A stretch of 64,000 nt of DNA from Candidatus Bathyarchaeota archaeon (GCA_963826715.1 CAWGYA010000007.1:192001-256000), one strand, 5' to 3'. Positions 18,212 through 28,343 are shown, counted from the first letter of the stretch. The notes: generated by a model from the letters alone, not told the origin. Numbers and translations: made by a program.

Positions 18212-19342
18212 ATGTTCTTCCACGTGATACTCACCAGTGACTGCAACTTGCAATGCAAATACTGCTTTGGGGAGAGCCTTGATGACTTCGATGAGGCCTT
18301 CGGGGGAGACATAAAAATAGACTATGAATTACCACGAAACCTGAACTACGATCTGACGATGCTTAAGCACTTTTGTAGCCAGGATCCAGATTGTGTGCTT
18401 ACTTTCTATGGCGGTGAACCTCTGCTGCAAACAAGTAAACTGAGGGAAATAATGGACACCATCACACCTAAGCATTATATGATGCAGACTAACGGCTTGC
18501 TTCTTGACAAGCTCGAAGCTAAATACATCAATCGCTTCCACACTTTATTAGTATCAATTGATGGTGAAGAAGCCCTAACTGACCACTACCGTGGCAAAGG
18601 CACTTTCCGCAAAGTCATAGACAATCTAAAGCTGATTAGAAACAATGGTTTCAACGGTGAATTGATCGCGCGGATGACTATTATGGAGGAAACTGATATT
18701 GAAAAACAGGTCAAATGGCTCCTTCAAAATGATGAATTCAGCTTCACTTCAATTCATTGGCAGCTAAATGCTGGTTTTTGGGGAAATGATTTACCCAGGC
18801 GCAACTTTGAGCAGTGGAGCAAAAGTAGTTACATTCCTGGAGTTTACGCGCTGGTCCGTTTCTGGGTAGATTTCATGGACAAGCAAGGTAAGGTTTTGAA
18901 GTTATATCCCTTGTTGGGTATAGCAAACTCCCTTTTGCATGGAGAGAGGGATTGCCTTATGCGGTGCGGCGGAGGCTGGACAAACTATGCTATTCAAACT
19001 GATGGCTATCTAATTCCGTGTCCTACCATGTGGGGCATGAAAGACTATTATTTAGGGCACATAAAAAATACAAATCCGCTAAAACTGCGTAAAATGTTTG
19101 TTGAACAGAAACCCTGTAGCGAATGCAAAATCATAGGTATATGTGGAGGACGTTGCCTATATACTAACATAACCAAACGTTGGGCCGATCAAGACTATAC
19201 CAAAGTTTGCCAAACCGTTGAACAACTCATCGCTGCAGTGGAAGCTGAAATGCCCAAAATACGAAACCTGATACATGAGGGCAGAATTGGGCTAAGCGAT
19301 TTTGATTATGTAAAATATAACGGCTGCGAAATTATACCATAG
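18212..19342 (+). CDS. Radical SAM/SPASM protein (resembles the AF0577/TIGR04084 putative peptide-modifying family)
   Basis: CNLQCKYC, FYGGEP and QTNG; SPASM Cys set CGGG..PCP..CSECKIIGICGGRC..C; C-terminal EIIP. Confidence 0.85.
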   Translation: MFFHVILTSDCNLQCKYCFGESLDDFDEAFGGDIKIDYELPRNLNYDLTMLKHFCSQDPDCVLTFYGGEPLLQTSKLREIMDTITPKHYMMQTNGLLLDKLEAKYINRFHTLLVSIDGEEALTDHYRGKGTFRKVIDNLKLIRNNGFNGELIARMTIMEETDIEKQVKWLLQNDEFSFTSIHWQLNAGFWGNDLPRRNFEQWSKSSYIPGVYALVRFWVDFMDKQGKVLKLYPLLGIANSLLHGERDCLMRCGGGWTNYAIQTDGYLIPCPTMWGMKDYYLGHIKNTNPLKLRKMFVEQKPCSECKIIGICGGRCLYTNITKRWADQDYTKVCQTVEQLIAAVEAEMPKIRNLIHEGRIGLSDFDYVKYNGCEIIP

Positions 19343-19391
19343 CTTTGTGGGGTATCCACTATATTTCATTTCCTGATTTCTCTCAGAAATA

Positions 19392-20519
19392 TTATTTTGA
19401 TAATTTTTCTTCTTGAGAGATATTGTGTTTGTTTTCATTATCGGTTTTCTTTCTTGCTTTCTGAAGGCGTCTCCTACTGATGAAGTTTGAGTCTGGAGCA
19501 AGAACTGTAAATTGAAAAGCAATGTATGACAGAACAGTTTTAATGAAGAAAATCACTACTCCACTTAGCAAAGCCACAGATGCTCCTATGGCGAAAGGAA
19601 CACCCAGCGCGTTGTAGATTTCACTTGAAATTATTTGAGCATACCCAATAAAAGCATATCCTTGAGCTTCAACATTACCTGCGACTGAACGAACTATTAC
19701 AACCTTGTCAAGTGGAATTAGTTGTCCAAGTGATGCGAACACAAAAAGTAAGGCGAGGACTTCAAATCCCCACGCAAAAAATGAAAGTATCATCGGTTTT
19801 ATAAGCACTCTAGTGTTTTGCAACAACTCCTTCATGCCTTCATGATAATCATCCAACGCTTTTTGCACCTTAATTTCCAATAGCGCGAGTCTTTTGCGAT
19901 TTCTACCCAGGGACGATATGAACCCGAATAGAGTACTGACAAACTTCTTTGCGCTGTTAGGTTTAAAACTAGCAAGGAGCAGTATGAAAAGCGGCAGAGT
20001 TAGAAGGAACATTATGCTCCCAAGAGTTATGAGAAGAGAACCTTCGAGAGTGTAGTTCAGTAGAAGCAGAATAATCCCAAGAATCATGCTGCCTAAGTTG
20101 AATATTGCTTCATATACATTCTTTGCAACAACCGAAGCTACAGCTTTACCACTTTCTATCTTTGGGTCTTTATTGAGAATATATGCTTTAAATAAGTCGC
20201 CTGACCATCCTCCCGGAATCAAATTATCTACAAATACTCCGACCCAATAGAGAATGTATGTTCGGCGAAAACTTAACCTAATCTTTAAGGTTTTGAGGAG
20301 CTGGAACCAAACTAGAGTGTGAAAAGTTAATGATATTAAGACGCTAGCGATTGCCAAAGCATAGATGCCTATGTTTACTTTTTCTATAACCGCAATTAAT
20401 TCGGCCAGACCAACGAAGTACAGAAGATAAAAAATCAGTCCTGTGTAGCCAAGTAACGCTGAAATAAGTATCCATTTTTTAATCGAAGGGCTAATCAAAG
20501 GATGTTGGTCTTTTGTCAT
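19392..20519 (-). CDS. Lysylphosphatidylglycerol-synthase TM / flippase-like (UPF0104) membrane protein
   Basis: FVDNLIPGGWSGDLFKAY motif; multiple TM segments. Confidence 0.75.
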   Translation of the reverse strand: MTKDQHPLISPSIKKWILISALLGYTGLIFYLLYFVGLAELIAVIEKVNIGIYALAIASVLISLTFHTLVWFQLLKTLKIRLSFRRTYILYWVGVFVDNLIPGGWSGDLFKAYILNKDPKIESGKAVASVVAKNVYEAIFNLGSMILGIILLLLNYTLEGSLLITLGSIMFLLTLPLFILLLASFKPNSAKKFVSTLFGFISSLGRNRKRLALLEIKVQKALDDYHEGMKELLQNTRVLIKPMILSFFAWGFEVLALLFVFASLGQLIPLDKVVIVRSVAGNVEAQGYAFIGYAQIISSEIYNALGVPFAIGASVALLSGVVIFFIKTVLSYIAFQFTVLAPDSNFISRRRLQKARKKTDNENKHNISQEEKLSK

Positions 20520-20649
20520 ATAATCTATCGTAGGAAAGACGGAAGCTGGAATATATCAGGGTTACCAAATTTAATCTTCCACTAAATTAAAATCTGTTTT
20601 TCAAATCCCGCTTTCCTTATATAAACAGAAAACACATTAAGCCCTTAAG

Positions 20650-21168
20650 GTGCATAGTTTGCCCAAACTCGTTGCTGTTGTGGGAGCAAAGCATTCAGGC
20701 AAAACTACAATTATAGAGCATTTAATCGCGGAGATCAAAAGTCGAGGTTACACAATAGGCATTATTAAAGAGATGGTGCGCATCCCTAGCATAGATACAC
20801 CAGCTAAAGAAACTGATCGATATGCTAAAGCAGGCGCAGAAACTATCGTTGCAGTCCCGCAGAAAGAAACGGTATTTTTCATCAAGAAAAAGCTTACCTT
20901 AAAGGAAATTATGCTTCACTTAAAAGGCATAGATTTTGTGATTTTAGAAGGCTTTGAAATTGAAGCCTCAATCCCCAAAATTGTTGCCGCTAAAACCTCT
21001 GAAGAAGCCCACAGTTACCCAGCCAAGACCATTGCAGTCTCAGGCATAATCACCGATTCAGAAACAGAAACTAAGCTCGCTTTGGACTTAAAAATTCCGT
21101 TGCTTAGTAGTTTTAGTGAAATAAAGCAATTGGTTGATATAGTTGAGCATAAGGCGTTGGTTTTTTAG
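20650..21168 (+). CDS. mobB: Molybdopterin-guanine dinucleotide biosynthesis protein B
   Basis: VVGAKHSGKTT P-loop, ETDRYAKAGA, DFVILEGF and IPKI motifs. Confidence 0.8.
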   Translation: MHSLPKLVAVVGAKHSGKTTIIEHLIAEIKSRGYTIGIIKEMVRIPSIDTPAKETDRYAKAGAETIVAVPQKETVFFIKKKLTLKEIMLHLKGIDFVILEGFEIEASIPKIVAAKTSEEAHSYPAKTIAVSGIITDSETETKLALDLKIPLLSSFSEIKQLVDIVEHKALVF

Positions 21169-21677
21169 TTGACTTGGATCGCTGAGATGCCCCTAACCCA
21201 CCGTTGGGCATAAAGGTCATCACCGATGATTAACCGCAAGGGTCCCTCGCCGCCGTCTTTTAACAGCGTGAGAGGTGTGTCATCTTTTTTATAAGCGATT
21301 AGGGTGTTTTGGTTTTGTGCTTCCTCCATTGTTATAGTTGCTCCATAGCCGTCTTGAGCTTGCACAAAAACCGAAATGCCATTGATATTTGCTTGAGCTT
21401 GATTGAGTAGGTCTTTTAAGCAAACCCCTGTGTAATTGAAGACGCCATTATCTTCTGTTCTGCTACTGGAAGTCAAGCTCACCTGTATGGTCTTTGAAGG
21501 ATAAGATTCTAGTTCGGCAAATGTTAGAGTGATGGGATTGTGGACGTCGCCTTTAACCTGGAGTGAATTAAGCTGTGAATTATCGGGGTGCGTGTAAATA
21601 TAGAGAGGGACGGCCACTAGGATTAAAATTAATAAAAATATAAGGGCCCTTTTGGTATTTTTTTGCATTTTAGTCAC
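21165..21677 (-). CDS. Membrane-anchored sulfite-oxidase-like molybdopterin-binding-domain protein
   Basis: N-terminal TM; YTGVCLKDLL, AQDGY, GPLRLI and RWVRGI motifs; GTG start. Confidence 0.75.
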   Translation of the reverse strand: MTKMQKNTKRALIFLLILILVAVPLYIYTHPDNSQLNSLQVKGDVHNPITLTFAELESYPSKTIQVSLTSSSRTEDNGVFNYTGVCLKDLLNQAQANINGISVFVQAQDGYGATITMEEAQNQNTLIAYKKDDTPLTLLKDGGEGPLRLIIGDDLYAQRWVRGISAIQVN

Positions 21678-22607
21678 CTATGAAACCGTTATCTCAGACA
21701 TCCATCTGACCCAGTTTTGACCCCATTTAAACTCTTCAGTGGGTACAAACAAACGGAATGGTGCTCCATCATTGGGCGGGATGTATTTTCCGTTTTCTTG
21801 GTAACCAATTAACATGTCGTTACTTTGTACTTGTGCGAGAGTGAATTCTCTACTGTAGCCATCGATGGCAGTTACCGTGATTTTGGTTGCGTTTGAAAAT
21901 ATACCACTTGCCTGAAGTACGCTCTCGACAGTAACCCCGGTCCATTCTGATGTTCGCTGAGGTTCTCCACCAGGAGCAAAAGGGGCATTTACAGTTTTTA
22001 CTTCGTAGTTTGTAATGTTGTTTCCTGTCAGTACCATTGGATATGTAACTGAGCCATTGACGGTTATGGTCCAGGGATCTATGTTAATTTCCGCGACACT
22101 TTTAACGTTAAAGTTAGACTGTAAGCCTGGTGTAATGAGTTTTAGTGGTCCCTCGGATGTATCAGTTATCCAATGTCCATCTTTAGCTAAAGCTAAAATG
22201 AATTCGTTTCCCGAATATTGGGTACTGTTGTATGCTTGATAGGTGTTTATTGTTCGTTTGAAGCCGTCAGAGGAAATGATATTGATGAAGCCAGCGTTCC
22301 AGGATGCATTTGTTTCATTAAGAAGTTGTGTTACCGATACTCCTAGATATGTTGCAGTTTCATCTTTAATTGTAGTCGTGACTTTAGTCAAGTGCATACG
22401 AATTAAATCTGATATGCTAAGTGTCTTTTCAACTGCAACGTCCCCCGTGATCCTTAGTTCTGCGTTCGGAGAATTTCCGAATGGGATTTCTTGATTAGTT
22501 GTTTGAGGTTTGTTGATGTTGGTTAAATAATAAAGTGATGATCCCAGAGCAACTACCACAACGATAATTGTCATAATGGTTAAGACGATTTTTGTGTTTT
22601 TATGCAA
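21678..22607 (-). CDS. Membrane-anchored protein with two tandem molybdopterin-binding (Oxidored_molyb-like) domains
   Basis: N-terminal TM; repeat 1 YLGVSV..SSDGF..GPLKLI..VKSV; repeat 2 WTGVTV..AIDGY..APFRLF..WVRW. Confidence 0.75.
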   Translation of the reverse strand: MHKNTKIVLTIMTIIVVVVALGSSLYYLTNINKPQTTNQEIPFGNSPNAELRITGDVAVEKTLSISDLIRMHLTKVTTTIKDETATYLGVSVTQLLNETNASWNAGFINIISSDGFKRTINTYQAYNSTQYSGNEFILALAKDGHWITDTSEGPLKLITPGLQSNFNVKSVAEINIDPWTITVNGSVTYPMVLTGNNITNYEVKTVNAPFAPGGEPQRTSEWTGVTVESVLQASGIFSNATKITVTAIDGYSREFTLAQVQSNDMLIGYQENGKYIPPNDGAPFRLFVPTEEFKWGQNWVRWMSEITVS

Positions 22608-23169
22608 TTTTTTTTCCTCCTAATCCAAGGGACCCTACTCTGACAAGAAGCATATTCGCGATGAACCCACCGACAAAACCACTGATTGCTGCAATTACAC
22701 TTAAAAAAGCAAGCACAACCCACGGCAAAAAAAGTACCGTAACGCCAACAAGTACAGTTCCTACAACGTTTGCCAGACTGGATGCCCCCATACAACATGC
22801 AAGGCAGCATGCTCTATGTCTAGAAAATAAAAAGAAAACGTCGATAGCTAAGCCCGGGGCAAGGTATATTATGAAATTAAGCAAGCCAAAGTTGCCAAAG
22901 GGTAGAATTAAGCTAATGAATGCTTGAGTAAGCGATACTAAGGATGCGGCGCCGATTTTACGGACAAAGCCAAACGCCATAATTGGCCACATCATGTATA
23001 ATCCGCCTAAAACAGCTCCTGTCGGGATGTAAGCTGCTCCTATGAATGGTCCCAATAACGGGTGAAGAAGATTTTTGGTTGCTAAGCCCAAGCTTGCAAA
23101 AAGTGAAATAATTACTAGATCTACTGTTGCGATTCTTAGGTTGCTGTTGCGATTGGTTTGGTTTAGCAG
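22600..23169 (-). CDS. ECF transporter S-component-like membrane protein
   Basis: About 6 TM, with RKIGAA and PGLAID motifs. The frame stays open upstream of TTG23091 through TVDLVIISLFASLG to a CTG at 23169 preceded by GGAG, so the start is uncertain. Confidence 0.7.
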   Translation of the reverse strand: MLNQTNRNSNLRIATVDLVIISLFASLGLATKNLLHPLLGPFIGAAYIPTGAVLGGLYMMWPIMAFGFVRKIGAASLVSLTQAFISLILPFGNFGLLNFIIYLAPGLAIDVFFLFSRHRACCLACCMGASSLANVVGTVLVGVTVLFLPWVVLAFLSVIAAISGFVGGFIANMLLVRVGSLGLGGKKIA

Positions 23170-23182
23170 ATTCTTAAAGCTC

Positions 23183-23206
23183 CGATATTATATCTTGGTA
23201 ATATCG
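23183..23206. promoter_or_regulatory. Candidate ModE-type operator
   Basis: Perfect inverted repeat CGATATTA-N8-TAATATCG directly upstream of the ECF/Moco operon and next to a ModE-like gene; resembles ModE boxes. Confidence 0.6.
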
Positions 23207-23241
23207 AGAAATTAAAACGTTACCATTAAAAATTCATGTAA

Positions 23242-23571
23242 TTATGAAATTTCTTTAAGAGTGGCCTCCAGTTTAGCCTGAGCTTTTCTAAAACGAAATA
23301 CCAAATCCTTTCCGACCATGGTTACCTCTGAGGAACCGCCGCCTTTTGCGCCACCGCGAACTCGTGTAACCAATGATTCCTCAAGCCGATCTTCTGCAAG
23401 CGTTATTCGGTGAAGTGCATAACGATAGGACATCCCTAATTCTTTGGCAGCCTCTAATATTGAGTGGTGTTTGTCTATTGCCTCTAGAAGTTGCGCTAAG
23501 CCATCCCCGAAGACTGCTTCGTTTTTCCCGTTTATCATCCAAAGTTTAAAATTGTAACTCAGTGGGTGCAT
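23242..23571 (-). CDS. ModE-like winged-HTH regulator (HTH only, no molybdate-binding domain)
   Basis: KLW...FGDGLAQLLEAID..SI..AAKELGMSYR...RGGAKGGGSS.VT pattern. Confidence 0.85.
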   Translation of the reverse strand: MHPLSYNFKLWMINGKNEAVFGDGLAQLLEAIDKHHSILEAAKELGMSYRYALHRITLAEDRLEESLVTRVRGGAKGGGSSEVTMVGKDLVFRFRKAQAKLEATLKEIS

Positions 23572-23776
23572 TTCGCATTCACTAAAGTTAGTTAAGGTTT
23601 ATGCAAATAAATTTAATGCCAGTTTGTGTGGGTTTGGCTCTATTACGGTTCGCTTTTTTTAATGTTGAGGTTGCTTTGATGATCCAGCAACACTTTTATA
23701 GCATATATATTGTATATACAATTAATATTATTGCCGAACACGTTTGCAAATGGAGAACGGAAGTGCTAGAAAAACT

Positions 23777-24643
23777 ATGCAAAAATTAGAACTCAACCAA
23801 ATTGTTGAAAAAGAACAACTTAATTCTGTAACTAAAAAAATCACCGTTTACGCTCCTGATATTGCAGCAAAAGCCAAAGCTGGGCAATTCGTAATCTTCA
23901 AAGTACATCAGGACAGCGAACGCATTCCCCTAACTTTATCCTCTTGGGATAAAGAAAAAGGCACTATCTCCCACATATTCCAAGAAGTAGGTTTTTCAAC
24001 AAAAGAACTCGGCGCACTTGAAGTCGGACAAAAAATCCAAAGCGTAGCAGGTCCATTGGGAAACCCGAGCGAAATCAAAAACTTTGGAACCGCTGCAGTA
24101 ATTTGCGGAGGCTTAGGTACAGCCGTGGCTTACCCTGTAGCTAAAGCCCTCAAAGAGGCCGGGAATAAAGTCATATCCATAATCGGTGCGAGAAGCGCTG
24201 AACTATTCATTTTGGAAGATGAAATGAAAGCGGTATCTGACGAGGTCTTCTTAACCTCAGACGACGGTACAAAAGGACAGAAAGGGTTTGTCAGTGACGT
24301 GCTTAAATCCTTGATCGCGAAAAATTACGACTTTAACATAGTTTTCGCTATTGGACCCCCCATTATGATGAGCGTAATAGCAGACATCACGCGACCCTAC
24401 AAAATCAAAACTATTGCCAGCCTAAACCCAATAATGGTAGATGGCATGGGGATGTGTGGTGCCTGCCGGGTTTCGATTGGTGACAAAACCCAATTCGCCT
24501 GCGTGGACGGACCAGAATTTGACGCTCACCAAGTTAACTTTAAAGAGCTAATGCAAAGGCTCAAATGTTACTGCACTGAAGAAAAACATGACGCCTTAAC
24601 AACTCAAAAACCAGGAGGAACATGCCAATGTCACAGCCAATAA
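23777..24643 (+). CDS. NfnA/SudB-type FAD/NAD-binding [2Fe-2S] subunit
   Basis: GQFVI, ERIPLT, GPLG, GGLG and MVDGMGMCGACRV...CVDGPEFD motifs. Confidence 0.9.
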   Translation: MQKLELNQIVEKEQLNSVTKKITVYAPDIAAKAKAGQFVIFKVHQDSERIPLTLSSWDKEKGTISHIFQEVGFSTKELGALEVGQKIQSVAGPLGNPSEIKNFGTAAVICGGLGTAVAYPVAKALKEAGNKVISIIGARSAELFILEDEMKAVSDEVFLTSDDGTKGQKGFVSDVLKSLIAKNYDFNIVFAIGPPIMMSVIADITRPYKIKTIASLNPIMVDGMGMCGACRVSIGDKTQFACVDGPEFDAHQVNFKELMQRLKCYCTEEKHDALTTQKPGGTCQCHSQ

Positions 24644-26061
24644 AAGAAACCCCTAAACACCAAAACCGATTAAAAGCAGTTGAAGTCCAAAAACAGGAAC
24701 CATCCGCCCGAAGCAAAAACTTTGATGAAGTCGTTTTGGGCTACAATGAAGAGCAAGCTCAAGCTGAAGCTTCTCGGTGTCTAAACTGCCCTAAACCCTT
24801 CTGTGTGGAGGGATGCCCTGTCAGCGTGGAAATCCCCAAATTCATTGCGCTAATCAAACAGAAAGACTATGACGCAGCAATCAAACAAGTCAAAGAAAAA
24901 AATAGTTTACCGGCCATCTGCGGTAGAGTTTGTCCGCAAGAAGAGCAATGCCAAAAAAGATGTATTCTTGGCAAGAAAGGCGAACCTGTTTCCATAGGAC
25001 GCCTTGAACGCTTCGTTGCCGATCTTGAACAGAAGAAAGGCATATCTGCCCAAGCTGTTCCAGCGTTAAACGGCAAAAAAATCGCAGTTGTCGGCGCAGG
25101 ACCCGCTGGCTTAACAGTTGCCGCAGACCTTGCCAAACTCGGTTACAAAGTCACAATATATGAAGCGCTCCACACTGGAGGAGGCGTCTTAGTTTATGGT
25201 ATCCCAGAATTCAGATTACCCAAACGGATTGTGCAAGCCGAAATCGATTACATCCAAAAACTCGGGGTTGAATTACAGCCTGACTATCTAATCGGTAGAA
25301 TATTTACCGTCGAAGAACTTTTTAAGAAAGGCTTCAGTGCCGTCTTTATTGCCACGGGTGCAGGACTGCCTAAATTCCTCAATGTTCCAGGAGAAAACCT
25401 AAACGGAATCTATAGTGCCAACGAATTTCTCATCCGTGTTAACTTGATGAAATCGTATGACTTCCCAAAAAACAAAACGCCTATTCGCGTCGGCAAGCAA
25501 GTGGCGGTTATAGGGGGCGGCAACGTAGCTTTAGACTCAGCGAGATGTGCGCTGCGTTTAGGTGCTGACAAAGTAACAATAATCTATCGCCGTACAAGAA
25601 ATGAAATGCCTGCACGCCAAGAAGAAATCGAGAACGCTGAAGAAGAAGGAATAGTTTTCAAGTACTTAACTGCCCCGCTTAAATTCATGGGAGATGAGCT
25701 AGGGAATGTTAAGATCATGGATACAATTTCAATGAGACTTTGCGACTCAGATGACACTGGAAGACACCAAGTTGCTCCAATCGAAGGCTCACAAGAGGTT
25801 ATGGATGTTGATACAGTAATAGTTGCTATCGGGCGCACCCCAAACCCCATCATACAGGGGACAACACCGGGTTTGAAGACCCAACGCGGTGGCATTATAG
25901 CTAGCGACGAGAACTTCAAAACCAGCATCGATGGCGTATATGTAGGTGGCGACATCGCAACAGGCGAAGCAACCGTTATCAGTGCTATGGGTACAGGTAA
26001 AACTGCGGCTAAGGCCATCCACGAATATCTCTCTAAGGAAAAACAAAAACCCAAAAAATAA
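24628..26061 (+). CDS. NfnB/SudA (GltD-like) electron-bifurcating transhydrogenase large subunit
   Basis: EASRCLNC, CVEGCP, CGRVCPQE, GAGPAG, YGIPEFRLP and GGGNVA motifs; coupled to the NfnA-type gene. Confidence 0.9.
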   Translation: MSQPIKETPKHQNRLKAVEVQKQEPSARSKNFDEVVLGYNEEQAQAEASRCLNCPKPFCVEGCPVSVEIPKFIALIKQKDYDAAIKQVKEKNSLPAICGRVCPQEEQCQKRCILGKKGEPVSIGRLERFVADLEQKKGISAQAVPALNGKKIAVVGAGPAGLTVAADLAKLGYKVTIYEALHTGGGVLVYGIPEFRLPKRIVQAEIDYIQKLGVELQPDYLIGRIFTVEELFKKGFSAVFIATGAGLPKFLNVPGENLNGIYSANEFLIRVNLMKSYDFPKNKTPIRVGKQVAVIGGGNVALDSARCALRLGADKVTIIYRRTRNEMPARQEEIENAEEEGIVFKYLTAPLKFMGDELGNVKIMDTISMRLCDSDDTGRHQVAPIEGSQEVMDVDTVIVAIGRTPNPIIQGTTPGLKTQRGGIIASDENFKTSIDGVYVGGDIATGEATVISAMGTGKTAAKAIHEYLSKEKQKPKK

Positions 26062-26095
26062 ACTGCTAACTTTTTGTTAGCCTCAAAATTTTTCT

Positions 26096-27142
26096 TTATT
26101 GTTTTATTTTTAATTCATAATTTTCAGGTGAGGCTTCTTTAAAAGCTCGGTTTACTGCTGTTTCGGCTATATTGAAGGTGCAATGAGCAATTCGTTTGAT
26201 GTTGTCGCGAATCGAACATATTCCGCATACCAACTCTGCACTTTTTTGTGGTCCTGTAAAGGCGCGGGAAGTAATTTCAACATCAATTTTATCCATTTTC
26301 TGGCGGAACTTCATGATTCTTACTGCGTTGTTGACGTCTTTTGCGAAGAAGGCTTCAACCGCCTGTACGTAAAGATTTGTAACTTCTGTTCCTGCGCTGA
26401 CCATAAGAGCCAATACGTCATTGGGAATGGTTTGTTGGACACCGCTTAGCATGATTATGTGGCGAGTTATGTCCGAGGCGTAATCAGAGGCATGTTCCAT
26501 ATGGGTGACAAGCATCTGATGGTCCATACAGTCCAACGGGTCAACGTGTAACTCCTTGGCTAAATGTGGGTCTTGACCTGCATTACGCAAAATTCTGATA
26601 ATGAAGAAGGCAAATTGATCCACATCGTCATCAAGAGAAAAGGAGGATTTCGCAAGCGCTACATCATTGTTTTTAAGGGCGGTTAAAGCGCCTTCGCACA
26701 TTGACCTTGAAATTAGATGCATACGTTGAAGTGCCTGCTCGAGAGATGCTTTAGACTCATCCATGAGGCTTTGGATATAAACGCATTTTGCATCAGCCTC
26801 CATAACTCTAAGATAAAGGCGCCCAGCCATGTTGCGGATGGCTTTGGTTTGAGGTACAGTGAAAATATTGTCAGATGTAAGCATAATGCCTGTGTAACCG
26901 TTGAGGAAGGCGCCCAGAATCTTTTGGGTTATGTAAATTTCCTCTTCGTTTTGCCCCACAGCTAATGTAATTTCTTTTAGATCAGATTTCTTTGTCGCGC
27001 TGGGGTAGATAACCAAAGAGCGGTCTTTTTGAATGTTGACGATAACAGTTTGTCCTTTTTTGAGGTCGTTTAGCTGCATCCAATCTTTTGGAAGGGAAAC
27101 TACTAGCGAGGATTTCCCCAGGGACATGATTTTTCGTTCCAA
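26096..27142 (-). CDS. AbrB-domain / PhoU-family phosphate uptake regulator
   Basis: RKIMSLGKSSLVVSLPKDW N-terminal AbrB domain; DDDVD and EHASDY PhoU repeats. Confidence 0.85.
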   Translation of the reverse strand: MERKIMSLGKSSLVVSLPKDWMQLNDLKKGQTVIVNIQKDRSLVIYPSATKKSDLKEITLAVGQNEEEIYITQKILGAFLNGYTGIMLTSDNIFTVPQTKAIRNMAGRLYLRVMEADAKCVYIQSLMDESKASLEQALQRMHLISRSMCEGALTALKNNDVALAKSSFSLDDDVDQFAFFIIRILRNAGQDPHLAKELHVDPLDCMDHQMLVTHMEHASDYASDITRHIIMLSGVQQTIPNDVLALMVSAGTEVTNLYVQAVEAFFAKDVNNAVRIMKFRQKMDKIDVEITSRAFTGPQKSAELVCGICSIRDNIKRIAHCTFNIAETAVNRAFKEASPENYELKIKQ

Positions 27143-27499
27143 TTCTAATTCACAACTCGGCAGATATTAACTGTTAATACTATGTCGCATTAAATATATA
27201 TTATGCGTTAGTTGATTAGAGAAAATCCAGTTGACAAATAACAAGCTTCGTTAACTTCCAGAATTAAAGAAAAAAAGTGTTACATTTTACTAATTGTTGA
27301 CCAAACTAAATTTAGAAAGAAAATTACTACACTTGAATAAAGGAAAGCAGCCTCATTTTTATCAGCATTGAAAACTAACTCTTATAACCCGATGATTTGC
27401 TGGTTTTAGAAAAATTCGCAATCCCACTTCATTTTATCGGGAATTGACGGGCAGATTCAATGGAACAGATTTAAGTGGTAGACCAAGTCTTGTTTGATT

Positions 27500-28339
27500 A
27501 TGTTCCAAATCAAAAAATTGCGCAAGATCGACTTTACTTTTGCAGTAGAGTTAGCAAATACTATGGATTGGAACATGGCCCCTGAAGATTTTGAATTCAT
27601 GAACATGCTGGAGCCAGAAGGTTCTTTTTTGCTTTATAACGGATCAGAGAAGATTGGTATAGCTACAGCTATCAGCTATGACAAATTAGGTTGGTTCGGT
27701 AACTTAATTGTTAAGAAAGAATACCGTGGAGGGGGCGGCGGTAGCGCCCTTGTAGATCACGCCGTTAATTTTCTGTGCGGCAGGGGTGTCAAAACTATTG
27801 GTCTTTATGCATATCCCCATCTCGTTGACTTCTACACCGGCTTAGGCTTTAAGCAAGATGAGGACTTCTCAGTTTTACAATCCACAATTGTTAGGACGGT
27901 TGCTGCTGAAAAGCTTCCTGAAATCGAAAAAAGTCAGCTCTCTAAAATAATCAAATTTGATAAGGATTGCTTCGGCGGCGATAGAACACGGCTGCTCAAA
28001 GCAATACTTCCTGAAGAAGACAACCTAAGTTTTCAAGTTACTGAAGACGACCAGATTGTTGGATATGTTGCGGTCACAGTTTATCCGACGTTGGCTTGGG
28101 TTGGACCTTTAATTTGTCAATCCCATAGAAGCGATGTTGCACGTTCGCTTGTAATGGCAGCATTATCTCGTCTAACCGGAAAAAATGTGTATTCTGTAAT
28201 TCCAAAAAATAATTCTGTTCTCTTTGACACATTTGTAAATGCAGGGTTTAGGGAGAATTTTTTTGTGAAACGTATGTTTTGGGGTCAACCTACAGGACAA
28301 AATTGTATATACATGGCTGAATCTTTAGAAAGAGGCTAA
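27500..28339 (+). CDS. GNAT N-acetyltransferase (two-domain)
   Basis: LIVKKEYRGGGGGSAL acetyl-CoA motif, FYTGLGF, and a second GNAT-like half (FGGDR..LL, VGPL). Confidence 0.8.
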   Translation: MFQIKKLRKIDFTFAVELANTMDWNMAPEDFEFMNMLEPEGSFLLYNGSEKIGIATAISYDKLGWFGNLIVKKEYRGGGGGSALVDHAVNFLCGRGVKTIGLYAYPHLVDFYTGLGFKQDEDFSVLQSTIVRTVAAEKLPEIEKSQLSKIIKFDKDCFGGDRTRLLKAILPEEDNLSFQVTEDDQIVGYVAVTVYPTLAWVGPLICQSHRSDVARSLVMAALSRLTGKNVYSVIPKNNSVLFDTFVNAGFRENFFVKRMFWGQPTGQNCIYMAESLERG

Positions 28340-28343
28340 GCTT

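Noticed and set aside
24628-26061. Glutamate synthase
   Set aside because: The GltD-like gene is coupled to an NfnA/SudB gene and no GltB domains are present, so NfnAB/SudAB fits better.
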